A DNA stretch of 64,000 bases from Desulfotomaculum sp. (GTDB lineage: Bacteria > Bacillota > Desulfotomaculia > Desulfotomaculales > Nap2-2B): contig DMZI01000068.1 in the NCBI GenBank assembly GCA_003485325.1, positions 38,553 to 102,552 on the forward strand, written 5' to 3'. Position numbers and translations under genes: made by a program. The notes beneath the pieces were generated by a model, which was given only the letters and a program-made list of their open reading frames with translations, ran no database searches and was not told the origin of the DNA. Shown here one piece after another: positions 12,098 to 20,300 of this stretch; the first letter of the stretch is position 1; the number at the start of each line of letters is the position of its first letter.

Positions 12098-12436
12098 ATG
12101 CGGCCTGTTTTTAAGATTTGGCTTGAGAATAACGGAAAAGTTTTTGGCGAAGGGCCTTTGGAGATTTTGCAAAAAGTTGAGAAAACGGGTTCTCTAAGAA
12201 GTGCAGCCGCACAGATGGGGATGTCTTATAATAAGGCCTGGCGCTTGATTGCCGCTCTTGAAGAAAGGTTGGGGTATTCTCTTTTAGAGAAAAGAGTTGG
12301 CGGAGCATGCGGCGGTGGCTCAAAAGTCACCCCGTATGCCCAACAGTTAATGAAAAGGTATTCCGAACTCAAGGAAGAAGCTGAAATTGTGCTAGAAAAG
12401 CTTTACCTTAAGCATTTTGAAGGGTTTAAGACCTAA
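12098..12436 (+). CDS. ModE N-terminal-domain-like (LysR-type wHTH) molybdate-responsive regulator
   Basis: 112 aa from the ATG with an AGGTGAG RBS. LEILQKVEKTGSLRSAAAQMGMSYNKAWRLIAALEERLGYSLLEKRVGGACGGGSKVTPYAQQL matches the ModE/MopA N-domain pattern. The upstream in-frame extension to 11933 looks non-coding. Confidence 0.7.
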   Translation: MRPVFKIWLENNGKVFGEGPLEILQKVEKTGSLRSAAAQMGMSYNKAWRLIAALEERLGYSLLEKRVGGACGGGSKVTPYAQQLMKRYSELKEEAEIVLEKLYLKHFEGFKT

Positions 12437-12467
12437 ACTAAAGCACTGTTATATTTTTTTATATCCA

Positions 12468-12487
12468 TTATACTAATATGAGTATAA
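12468..12487. promoter_or_regulatory. inverted repeat TTATACT-N6-AGTATAA (ending ...TATAACG), candidate ModE-type operator overlapping a TATACT -10
   Basis: Read directly, 64 nt upstream of the 12551 start. It resembles the TATAT-N-TAYATAACG architecture of E. coli ModE sites. Confidence 0.3.
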
Positions 12488-12550
12488 CGCTGTTAAAGAA
12501 ATGGATGCTTGACGCAGGTTTGGAATAAGTCTTGTTAAAGGAGAAACACC

Positions 12551-13600
12551 ATGCAGGCAAAAACAGTTAACCTTGAAGATGCGGTAGGCAGAATCCTTTC
12601 TCACGATCTGACCAAAATCGTCCGCGGTAAGTTTAAGGGACCTGCTTTTCGCAAAGGCCACCTTATTTGTCGTGAAGACATTGAAGAATTACTAAAAATG
12701 GGAAAAGAAAATGTTTATGTCTTGGAGCTTGCCGAAGATGAATTACACGAAGATGATGCCGGAATTCGCCTGGGAGCAGCCGCAGCCGGGGCAGGGATTA
12801 AGTGCTGCCAGCCAAAAGAGAGCAGGGTTTCTCTTTTTGCCGAATATGCTGGCCTGCTCAAAATTAATCTGGCTGTTCTTGAGGCGGTTAACGACCTTCC
12901 GGAGGTTGTTCTGTCTACCCTGCCTAACAACACACCGGTAATAAAAGGGGAAATGGTAGCCGGCACAAAAGTCATCCCGCTGGCCGTCAAGGAAGATATT
13001 ATAATATCGGCTGAGAAAATATGCAGGGAAAGCGGCGGAATTCTCCGTATAGCGCCGTATCAAAAATTAAAGGCAGCTGTTATCGTAACCGGCAGTGAGG
13101 TTTATTCGGGCAGGATTAAGGATGAATTTGGTCCGGTTTTAAAGGAAAAAATAGAATCCTTTGGCTCAACGGTGGACGAGATCGAATATGCTCCTGATAA
13201 TGCTCAGGAGATCAGCAGGTTGATTAATGGGGCAATCGACCGGGGAGCAGAAATTGTTCTGGTCAGTGGAGGTATGTCAGTTGATCCTGACGACGTAACA
13301 CCGCTGGGGATCAGACTTAGCGGGGCTGTAATAGAAAAATACGGGGCACCGGTTCTTCCGGGAGCAATGTTTTTACTGGCCTATAAAAAGGATGCTGCTG
13401 TTTTAGGAGTGCCGGCCTGCGGGATGTTTTTCAGGACTACCGTGTTGGACATTGTCCTGCCGCGCTTGTTTACCAAAGAAAAGGTTAAAAAGTATGATCT
13501 GGTTGCCCTGGCTCATGGCGGACTATGCAGGAGCTGTCCTGAATGCCGTTATCCGAGGTGCAGCTTCGGTTTGGCCGGATCCGGTTTTCAACTTGCCTAA
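12551..13600 (+). CDS. molybdopterin-binding (MoeA/MogA-like) protein with C-terminal CxxCxxCxxxxC cluster
   Basis: 349 aa. The N-terminus resembles a MoeA-like domain and the centre resembles a MoCF-biosynthesis domain (IVLVSGGMSVDPDD). The C-terminus reads CRSCPECRYPRC. Confidence 0.7.
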   Translation: MQAKTVNLEDAVGRILSHDLTKIVRGKFKGPAFRKGHLICREDIEELLKMGKENVYVLELAEDELHEDDAGIRLGAAAAGAGIKCCQPKESRVSLFAEYAGLLKINLAVLEAVNDLPEVVLSTLPNNTPVIKGEMVAGTKVIPLAVKEDIIISAEKICRESGGILRIAPYQKLKAAVIVTGSEVYSGRIKDEFGPVLKEKIESFGSTVDEIEYAPDNAQEISRLINGAIDRGAEIVLVSGGMSVDPDDVTPLGIRLSGAVIEKYGAPVLPGAMFLLAYKKDAAVLGVPACGMFFRTTVLDIVLPRLFTKEKVKKYDLVALAHGGLCRSCPECRYPRCSFGLAGSGFQLA

Positions 13601-13669
13601 AAGAGGAGTGATAACGGGTGTGTTTTCTGACTACTCGCGTCACGAATAACAGAAAGAGGTGCTTATGAG

Positions 13670-14458
13670 GTGCTTATATTGAAGATAAAAGTATATATCA
13701 AAATATTCGCGGTTGCATTTTTATGTCTAGCTTTAACAGGATGTGCACAAACAAAAAAGACAGAAGCTCCAGAAACTCTTTTTATATACTGCGGTTCCGG
13801 GCTATCGAAGCCCGTCCAAGAAATTGGAGAAGCTTTTGAAAAAAGGACAGGAACGGAAGTCACTTTTACTTTTGGCGGTTCAGCGCAGCTGGCCGGCCAG
13901 ATCCTTTTAACAAGGAAAGGCAATTTGTTCATCCCAGGTGATTTGAAGGACCTTGCGCCGGTGGAAGAAAAAGGATTAATAAATAAAAAGGCAAATATAG
14001 TTTACCATATTCCTGCGCTGGCAGTTCCCAAAAGCAACCCTGCCGGTATACACGGACTGATGGATCTGAAGCTTCCGGGCGTGAAGGTTGCCCTTGGCGA
14101 TCCCAAGTCATGCACGATAGGAAAAGTCGCCGATACTATGCTGCAGGAAAACCAAATTTATGATGACGTTGAAAAAAACGTTGTGGTCCGGACGGCGACG
14201 GCGAGAGAACTGGTCTTGTATTTAAGCACCGGGCAGGTGGATGCAGCTGTAATCTGGAAGGAGAACATTATTAATTGTAAGGACAAAATTGAATTAATAC
14301 CAGTTCCGGAATTAGATAGCTTTACTAAGATAGTCCCTGCTGCTATACTTACCTTTTCAGAACAAAAGGAAGCAGCCGAGCAGTTTTTAAATTTCCTCAA
14401 CACCGAAGAAAGTAAAGAAATCTGGAATAAATGGGGTTATCAGACAGTCGAAAGATAA
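13670..14458 (+). CDS. modA: molybdate ABC transporter substrate-binding lipoprotein
   Basis: 262 aa with the lipobox LALTGC and the ModA-like FGGSAQLAGQI region. It is followed by modB and modC. Confidence 0.85.
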   Translation: MLILKIKVYIKIFAVAFLCLALTGCAQTKKTEAPETLFIYCGSGLSKPVQEIGEAFEKRTGTEVTFTFGGSAQLAGQILLTRKGNLFIPGDLKDLAPVEEKGLINKKANIVYHIPALAVPKSNPAGIHGLMDLKLPGVKVALGDPKSCTIGKVADTMLQENQIYDDVEKNVVVRTATARELVLYLSTGQVDAAVIWKENIINCKDKIELIPVPELDSFTKIVPAAILTFSEQKEAAEQFLNFLNTEESKEIWNKWGYQTVER

Positions 14459-14497
14459 AAAACCCTTTTAGATTTAAAAGAAGGGAGGCTTAAAACT

Positions 14498-15289
14498 ATG
14501 AAGCTTTTCAGGATAACTAATATTATCATAACCTGCCTTCTTTGTTTGTTTATCCTAACAGCAGTTTGTACAGTGCTTGTAAGGGGCGTCCCTGAATTAT
14601 ACAGGGCGTTGAAAACTCCTGAAATTATATTTGCCCTGAAATTGAGCCTTTTTACATCAACAATTTCAACATTCTTATGTCTAATAGTTGCCTTGCCGGT
14701 TGCTTATACACTGAGCCGTTACAATATTCCAGGACAAGGTATGTTGGGGGCTGTCTTAAGGATACCTTTAAATTTACCGCCTATAGTTTCTGGGGTTTGT
14801 CTTTTGCTGCTGTTCGGTACGACACATTTTGGCAAAACAATGGAGAAAATAGGCCTGGACCTAGTTTTCACTGTTCAGGGTATTGTTGTAGCCCAGTTCT
14901 TTGTCAATTCACCAGGGCTCGTTACAGTGCTTAAAGGAGCCCTGGAATCTGTAGATGCAAGGCTTGAGTATGTTGCCAGGACACTTGGCTGCAGCCCCTG
15001 GCAGGCTTTTTGCAGGGTTACCATTCCCTTGATTAGAAACAGCGTGATTGCCGGTTTGGTGCTTGCCTGGGGGAAGGCCCTTGGAGAATTCGGGGCGGTT
15101 TTAATGCTTGCCGGCGCAATCAGGTTTAAAACCGAAACCCTCCCTATTTCAATTTTTTTAAACATGTCTACCGGTGATCTTGATTTGCTTATGGCTTCCG
15201 CTTCCATTTTGGTGCTCGTTTCTATACTGTCACTTCTGTTTTTTGAAAAAGCAGGAAATAAATTGTTTTGGCGGGTGTATGGACCATGA
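14498..15289 (+). CDS. modB: molybdate ABC transporter permease
   Basis: 263 aa, multi-TM, with the EAA-type loop RTLGCSPWQAFCRVTIP. Confidence 0.9.
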   Translation: MKLFRITNIIITCLLCLFILTAVCTVLVRGVPELYRALKTPEIIFALKLSLFTSTISTFLCLIVALPVAYTLSRYNIPGQGMLGAVLRIPLNLPPIVSGVCLLLLFGTTHFGKTMEKIGLDLVFTVQGIVVAQFFVNSPGLVTVLKGALESVDARLEYVARTLGCSPWQAFCRVTIPLIRNSVIAGLVLAWGKALGEFGAVLMLAGAIRFKTETLPISIFLNMSTGDLDLLMASASILVLVSILSLLFFEKAGNKLFWRVYGP

Positions 15290-16374
15290 CAGGCTATCTT
15301 AAAAATGAGGGTAAATTATTATTACAAGGTGTAACCAAGCGAATTGACGATTTTCACTTAAAAGATATCACTCTGGAGATTGCCCCGGGTGAATATTTCA
15401 TCCTCTTAGGCCCGTCTGGCGCTGGTAAAACAGTATTGTTGGAAACTATTGCCGGAATATATTCACCGGATCAGGGCGAGATATGGCTTGGCGGTATAAA
15501 CATAACCGTTCAGCCACCTGAAAAAAGGAGGTTTGGTTTTGTTTATCAGGACTATATGCTTTTCCCCCATCTTAATGTTGAGCAAAATATTTATTTTGGG
15601 CTCAGAAAAAAAAGAAAGCCTGGCAGCACTTTAGCTGGGATGGTGGAACATGTGGTATCTTTTCTTAAAATAGGCCACCTCCTTAATAGGTTCCCCCACA
15701 CCTTAAGCGGCGGGGAGCAGCAGCGGGTAGCCTTAGCCCGGGCACTTGCAATGGAACCACCGGTTTTGTTGATGGATGAACCGTTATCATCTTTAGATCC
15801 CCAAAGCAGGGAATCGCTTCAGCAGGAACTATCGGAACTTCATAAAATAACAAACATACCTACTATCCATGTAACGCATAATTTTGAGGAAGCATACTTT
15901 TTTGCAGACAGGGTAGGTGTAATGGATAAAGGCAGGATATTGCAGACAGGTAAACCACAGGAAATCTTTCCGCGGCCCTGTTCTGCAGAGGTGGCCAGTT
16001 TTGTTGGGGCGGAGAATGTCTTTTACAGTGATTTAATTTATAAAAACGGCAAGAAATTTGTCAGTTTAGGAAAGTCGATTTTAGAAGTAACAACCAACCT
16101 GTTTGGCAGAGTCGGATATTCAATAAGGCCGGAGCATATTTTGTTAAGCCTATCGCCGAAACCTGGAAACTGTTTAAAGGGAAGGATTGTTTCCGTTAAT
16201 TCAAGAGGTTTATTTTCCAAGCTAATTGTAGATGTCGGTGTTAAAATTAATGTTCTTTCCTTTCAGGAACATAATACTGGCCTGACTGCCGGAAAAGAAG
16301 TATACTGCTTTATTCCATATTGGGATATAAATATTTTCGATAACGGGGGCTATCTCGATGAAGCATGTCTATGA
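15286..16374 (+). CDS. modC: molybdate ABC transporter ATP-binding protein with C-terminal TOBE-like domain
   Basis: It has Walker A GPSGAGKT, the signature LSGGEQQRV and Walker B LLMDEP. The ATG at 15286 overlaps the modB stop (ATGA). The longest ORF starts at the TTG at 15268. Confidence 0.9.
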   Translation: MTGYLKNEGKLLLQGVTKRIDDFHLKDITLEIAPGEYFILLGPSGAGKTVLLETIAGIYSPDQGEIWLGGINITVQPPEKRRFGFVYQDYMLFPHLNVEQNIYFGLRKKRKPGSTLAGMVEHVVSFLKIGHLLNRFPHTLSGGEQQRVALARALAMEPPVLLMDEPLSSLDPQSRESLQQELSELHKITNIPTIHVTHNFEEAYFFADRVGVMDKGRILQTGKPQEIFPRPCSAEVASFVGAENVFYSDLIYKNGKKFVSLGKSILEVTTNLFGRVGYSIRPEHILLSLSPKPGNCLKGRIVSVNSRGLFSKLIVDVGVKINVLSFQEHNTGLTAGKEVYCFIPYWDINIFDNGGYLDEACL

Positions 16375-17500
16375 AAGTCTGCTTGATGCGCTGAAAACAG
16401 GTGACAGACCTGTATTGGTCACTCTGGTTTTTCGCAATGGAGATATTCTGCCGCCGCCGGGAAGTAAAAAATTATTCATTAAAAACAAGACGGTTGGAAA
16501 TCTTGAAACAGAGTGGCTTAACGGGGATATTGAACGTCTGGCTGAACAATCTAGAAAAACTAACCGTCTGGAAAAAACGGATGTATTTTTCCCGGGGGAT
16601 AAAGAAATATACTGTACACTTGTTGCAGAACCCATTTATGGAGTTGAAAAGCTATTTGTTTTGGGAGGCGGGAATATAGCACGTCCTTTGGTGCGTTTGG
16701 CTGATCTGCTAGGGTATCATGTTACTGTAGTTGATGACAGGCCAGAATACGCTAATTATGAACGCTTTCCTGAAGCCCGTGAAGTTATCTGCAGTGAATT
16801 TTTAGCTTATCTTGAAAATATGCCGGTAGATTTGTGGACCAGTGTTGTTATAGTTACCCGTGGTCACCAGTATGATTTACTCTGCCTTGAAGCGTTATCA
16901 GCACGTGAAATGGCCTATCTGGGCATGATTGGCAGCAAACAAAAAGTCGAAATGTCCAGAAAACATTTGCTGGCTGCAGGTATACCAACCGATAAAATAA
17001 AAATGATCCATGCTCCTATCGGGCTGGATATCGGTGCTCAAACCCCGGAGGAAATTGCTGTCAGCATAACAGCTGAGCTAATTAAAGCAAGGCGCGGTGG
17101 GAAGGCTCTTTCCTTATCGGAGGATTCAAATGACGGAAAGAAAGTTGAAGGCTACCTTCAGGGCAGTTCCCCCGCAACAAGTGATCTTTACCTGTTTGAA
17201 ACTGTCTTAACACGCATTAATGAGGGTTTGCCGGCAGCGCTTGCCACAGTGGTATCAACTTCGGGTTCGACACCCCGCAAAGCAGGCGCAAAAATGATGG
17301 TATCCCCGGATGGAGCAATAACAGGTACAATCGGCGGCGGGGTTTTTGAGGAAAAAGTTCGTCAGCTATCTGTCTCCATACTTGAAACCGGCCAGGCAGA
17401 ATTATATAGTTTTCAACTTGATAATAAATCAGCTGCTTCCCTGGGAATGCTCTGCGGCGGAGGAATGGAAGTTTTTATCGAACCTGTGAAAGGGGAGTAG
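16358..17500 (+). CDS. xdhC: XdhC/CoxI-family molybdenum hydroxylase maturation protein
   Basis: 380 aa with an XdhC_CoxI-like N-domain, a Rossmann segment (FVLGGGNIARPLVRLADLLGYHVTVVDDRPE) and a second XdhC_CoxI-like C-domain. It overlaps the modC 3' end by 17 nt. Confidence 0.85.
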   Translation: MKHVYESLLDALKTGDRPVLVTLVFRNGDILPPPGSKKLFIKNKTVGNLETEWLNGDIERLAEQSRKTNRLEKTDVFFPGDKEIYCTLVAEPIYGVEKLFVLGGGNIARPLVRLADLLGYHVTVVDDRPEYANYERFPEAREVICSEFLAYLENMPVDLWTSVVIVTRGHQYDLLCLEALSAREMAYLGMIGSKQKVEMSRKHLLAAGIPTDKIKMIHAPIGLDIGAQTPEEIAVSITAELIKARRGGKALSLSEDSNDGKKVEGYLQGSSPATSDLYLFETVLTRINEGLPAALATVVSTSGSTPRKAGAKMMVSPDGAITGTIGGGVFEEKVRQLSVSILETGQAELYSFQLDNKSAASLGMLCGGGMEVFIEPVKGE

Positions 17501-17506
17501 ACTAAC

Positions 17507-18346
17507 TTGAAAAATGTTCTTGTATTAATTAAAGGAGCTGGCGACCTTGCGAGCGGAGTAGCTCACCGCCTGTACAGGTGCGGGTTTATTCCGGTAATGA
17601 CGGAACTCGAAAAGCCCCTTGTAGTTAGAAGGAAAGTTGCTTTCGCCGAGGCCGTTTACTCCGGTGAAACAACGGTTGAGGGGGTTCGTGCCGAGCTTTG
17701 CAGTTCAATAAGTGATATTTCAAGCTTGCAGAAAAAGAAAATTATACCCGTAGTTATTGATCCGCAAGGAGAGCTTGTGCGTATTTTAAAGCCTGACGTT
17801 TTGATTGATGCTGTTATGGCAAAACGTAATACAGGAACAAAGATTACCGACGCGCCTGTTGTAATTGCGTTAGGTCCCGGTTTTACAGCCGGAGTTGATG
17901 TTCACGCCGTTATTGAAACGAAAAGAGGCCACGAACTGGGGAGAGTGATCCTGGAAGGGACTCCACAAGAAGATACCGGCGAACCACATATGGTAAATGG
18001 CTACACTTATCAAAGACTGATCAAAGCTCCTCAAGAAGGTGTTTTTATTTCATACTGTTCTATTGGAGAGATAGTTGAAAGCGGACAGATAATTGGCTAT
18101 ATCGAAGGCCGCCAGGTACAGACTCAAATTAAAGGTGTTTTACGAGGCCTTGTTGCAGACGGGTGTATTGTAAAAGAGGGAATGAAAATAGGAGATGTGG
18201 ATCCCAGATGCAAACCCGAGTACTGCTATACAATAAGTGATAAAGCCAGGGCAGTTGCCGGAGGGGTACTGGAAGCGATGCTTGATAGGGTACTTGACTG
18301 GGTGTTGAACAAAAAAGTTTCGGGTGGTGCTGGATTTGTTAATTGA
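17507..18346 (+). CDS. yqeB: selenium-dependent molybdenum hydroxylase system protein, YqeB family
   Basis: 279 aa. The N-terminus VLIKGAGDLASGVAHRLYRCGF, the length, and the position between xdhC and yqeC fit the YqeB-specific domain, which is fused to XdhC in E. coli YqeB. Confidence 0.75.
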   Translation: MKNVLVLIKGAGDLASGVAHRLYRCGFIPVMTELEKPLVVRRKVAFAEAVYSGETTVEGVRAELCSSISDISSLQKKKIIPVVIDPQGELVRILKPDVLIDAVMAKRNTGTKITDAPVVIALGPGFTAGVDVHAVIETKRGHELGRVILEGTPQEDTGEPHMVNGYTYQRLIKAPQEGVFISYCSIGEIVESGQIIGYIEGRQVQTQIKGVLRGLVADGCIVKEGMKIGDVDPRCKPEYCYTISDKARAVAGGVLEAMLDRVLDWVLNKKVSGGAGFVN

Positions 18347-19124
18347 ATACCCGACTTCATCTTTTCGTCAGGCAATGAATCTTTCTCCACGAGAATTGGT
18401 GGCTTTTGTTGGAGGAGGGGGTAAAACCACTGCTCTGCAATGTCTGGCCAAAGAACTATACGCTTCCAAGAAAAAAGTTGCTCTAACGACTACCACAAAA
18501 ATGCTCCTGAAACAGCTTTATTTTCAGGGAGGCTGTATTATTTCCGGCGACTACATTGAAATAGAAGAAAAAGTCAGTAGCCGGAATGGTTCTATACCGT
18601 TGATTGCCCTGATAAAAGAACAAATGTCTCAAGAAAAAATTTGTGGTCTACCACCGGAGTGGGTTGACAGGTTATGGAATCTTGATAAAGTTGATTATCT
18701 TGTTGTTGAAGCCGATGGCAGCCGCGGGAAATCATTGAAAGCTCCGGCTAATCATGAACCTCAAATACCCGGCGAAGCTACCCTGGTAGTGCCTGTTGTT
18801 GGTCTTGACATATTGAACAAGCGGCTGACAGCTGAATTTGTCCACCGTCCGGAACTGGTTTCCCTGCTCTGCGATGCAGCACAGGGTTCTGTAATCATAA
18901 CCGGGACAATCTCAAAGATAATTGTTCATCCTCTCGGATTAAAAAAAGGAGTTCCTGCCGGGGCAAGGTTTATACCATTGATTAATAAAGTTGACGTGGC
19001 AGAGGATTGGTCGGTTGCCAGAACACTCGCGATAGAGATTTTTAAGTCTGATAAGGATATTGAAAGAGTCATTTTGGCAAGTTTTATACAAAATAGTTTT
19101 TCTGTGATCCGCCGCTCCAATTAA
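18324..19124 (+). CDS. yqeC: selenium-dependent hydroxylase accessory protein, YqeC family (P-loop)
   Basis: 266 aa with VAFVGGGGKTT and VVEADGSRGKSLKAPANHEP. An alternative start is the ATG at 18375. Confidence 0.75.
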   Translation: MVLDLLIEYPTSSFRQAMNLSPRELVAFVGGGGKTTALQCLAKELYASKKKVALTTTTKMLLKQLYFQGGCIISGDYIEIEEKVSSRNGSIPLIALIKEQMSQEKICGLPPEWVDRLWNLDKVDYLVVEADGSRGKSLKAPANHEPQIPGEATLVVPVVGLDILNKRLTAEFVHRPELVSLLCDAAQGSVIITGTISKIIVHPLGLKKGVPAGARFIPLINKVDVAEDWSVARTLAIEIFKSDKDIERVILASFIQNSFSVIRRSN

Positions 19125-19145
19125 ATTCTACCGGGGGAGTGCTTT

Positions 19146-19757
19146 TTGAGCAATTTTATTTCAGCTGTTATTTTAGCAGCGGGACAGGGAACAAGAATTG
19201 GCCGGCAAAAACTTCTCCTGACACTTGGCGGGAAAACAATAATCGAAATTGCAGTTGCTGCCGCACTGGGATCGAAGGTCAGTGAAACAATAGTTGTTTT
19301 AGGCCACCAGTCTGAAGAGATTGCCCAAGTTTTAAAAGGTCTGCCTGTCAAAACGGTTTTCAACCCCGATTACCGTTTAGGGCAAAGCACTTCCTTGATT
19401 TCCGGAATAAAGGCGATAAATCCTAAATCCGATGCATTCCTGGTTGTTCTGGGCGACCAGCCCTTCGTAACCTCTTTGTTGATCGATCAACTTATTGATT
19501 TTTATGAAAGATCTTTATGCCTCATTGCCAGGCCGCAATTTCAGGAAATACCCGGCCACCCAGTGCTTTTTAATACCAGTCTTATCCCGGAATTGTTAAA
19601 CAATTTAAAAGGAGATATTGGAGCCCGCGAAATAATCGCCCGTCATCAGGACAAGGTCAGTTTAATGCGGATTAAAAATGAGTCTGCGTCTAAGGACATT
19701 GATACATACGGTGATTATCAGACCGCTAAAGAATATTATTCAAAGACCTTAAAGTAA
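19146..19757 (+). CDS. mocA: MobA-like nucleotidyltransferase (YgfJ/MocA, molybdenum cofactor cytidylyltransferase family)
   Basis: 203 aa with the N-terminal AVILAAGQGTRIG..K motif and LGDQP. A GGGGGAG RBS is present. Confidence 0.8.
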   Translation: MSNFISAVILAAGQGTRIGRQKLLLTLGGKTIIEIAVAAALGSKVSETIVVLGHQSEEIAQVLKGLPVKTVFNPDYRLGQSTSLISGIKAINPKSDAFLVVLGDQPFVTSLLIDQLIDFYERSLCLIARPQFQEIPGHPVLFNTSLIPELLNNLKGDIGAREIIARHQDKVSLMRIKNESASKDIDTYGDYQTAKEYYSKTLK

Positions 19758-19892
19758 ATAACAAGAGATTTATCAGGTTGTACTAAGCAGGAGTGCAGAT
19801 GTAGCCTCGTAATACATAAAATCCGGTGGCTGAGCCAGTCGATACGGGGCGAAGGCGGAAGGTATAAAGAACAGACTGACCGTTCGGCTTTT

Positions 19893-19923
19893 CACCCATC
19901 GGCGGAGTATCAGCGGCGACAGG
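19893..19923. repeat. weak B-tail-like repeat fragment (CACCCATCGGCGGAGTATCAGCGGCGACAGG)
   Basis: It resembles CATCGGAGTAAGCGGTGACAATG (27314-27336) and CACCGGAGTAAGCGGCGATAAAT (46977-46999). Divergent. Confidence 0.3.
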
Positions 19924-20107
19924 TATTATTATTGATTAATCATATAGATCGGGTTTATAATAAACCCAATTATCTTCGCAAGGTGGAAAGAAAATTAAAC
20001 AGAAGTGACTTCTAAACCAGCCGGACAGGGGATTACAAAAAGAGCCCGTGTCTTTAATTCTTTAATATTGAATCTAAAAAAAGTTTACAAATTTATAGGG
20101 CAACTTC

Positions 20108-20148
20108 TAAGGCTTGACAATTTAAAAGTGTTTAAGTCTTATTTTTTT
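20108..20148 (+). terminator. hairpin TAAGGCTT-N18-AAGTCTTA followed by a T-run (second copy of the cassette terminator, after the ygfJ/mocA operon)
   Basis: Read directly. It has one mismatch in the stem relative to 9982-10013. Confidence 0.4.
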
Positions 20149-20159
20149 GTCGCAAAATA

Positions 20160-20213
20160 TACAAATTTATTGTAATTATTTTGATTTGACCAGTTATCTG
20201 ATTCTTTTATTAT
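20160..20213 (+). promoter_or_regulatory. palindrome TACAAATTTATTGTA (20160-20174) plus putative sigmaA promoter TTGACC-16-TATTAT (20186-20213)
   Basis: Read directly. An extra half-site TACAAATTTAT lies at 20086-20096, and a 5'-UTR hairpin ATTAATGC-N14-GCATTAAT lies at 20221-20250. Confidence 0.45.
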
Positions 20214-20300
20214 TAAATTAATTAATGCAGCTTGCGGTGCAGGCATTAATACATTGCCGAAAGCAACTTGTTAAAAGTTAATATAAAGGAGAGTAATTTT

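Noticed and set aside
19758-20085. tRNA-Sec, another tRNA, or a small selenoprotein gene in the 500-bp gap after ygfJ/mocA
   Set aside because: There is no cloverleaf-compatible T-loop (GTTCRA) or anticodon arm, no ORF with an RBS, and only isolated short hairpins (for example GGGTTTATAATAAACCC at about 19951-19967).
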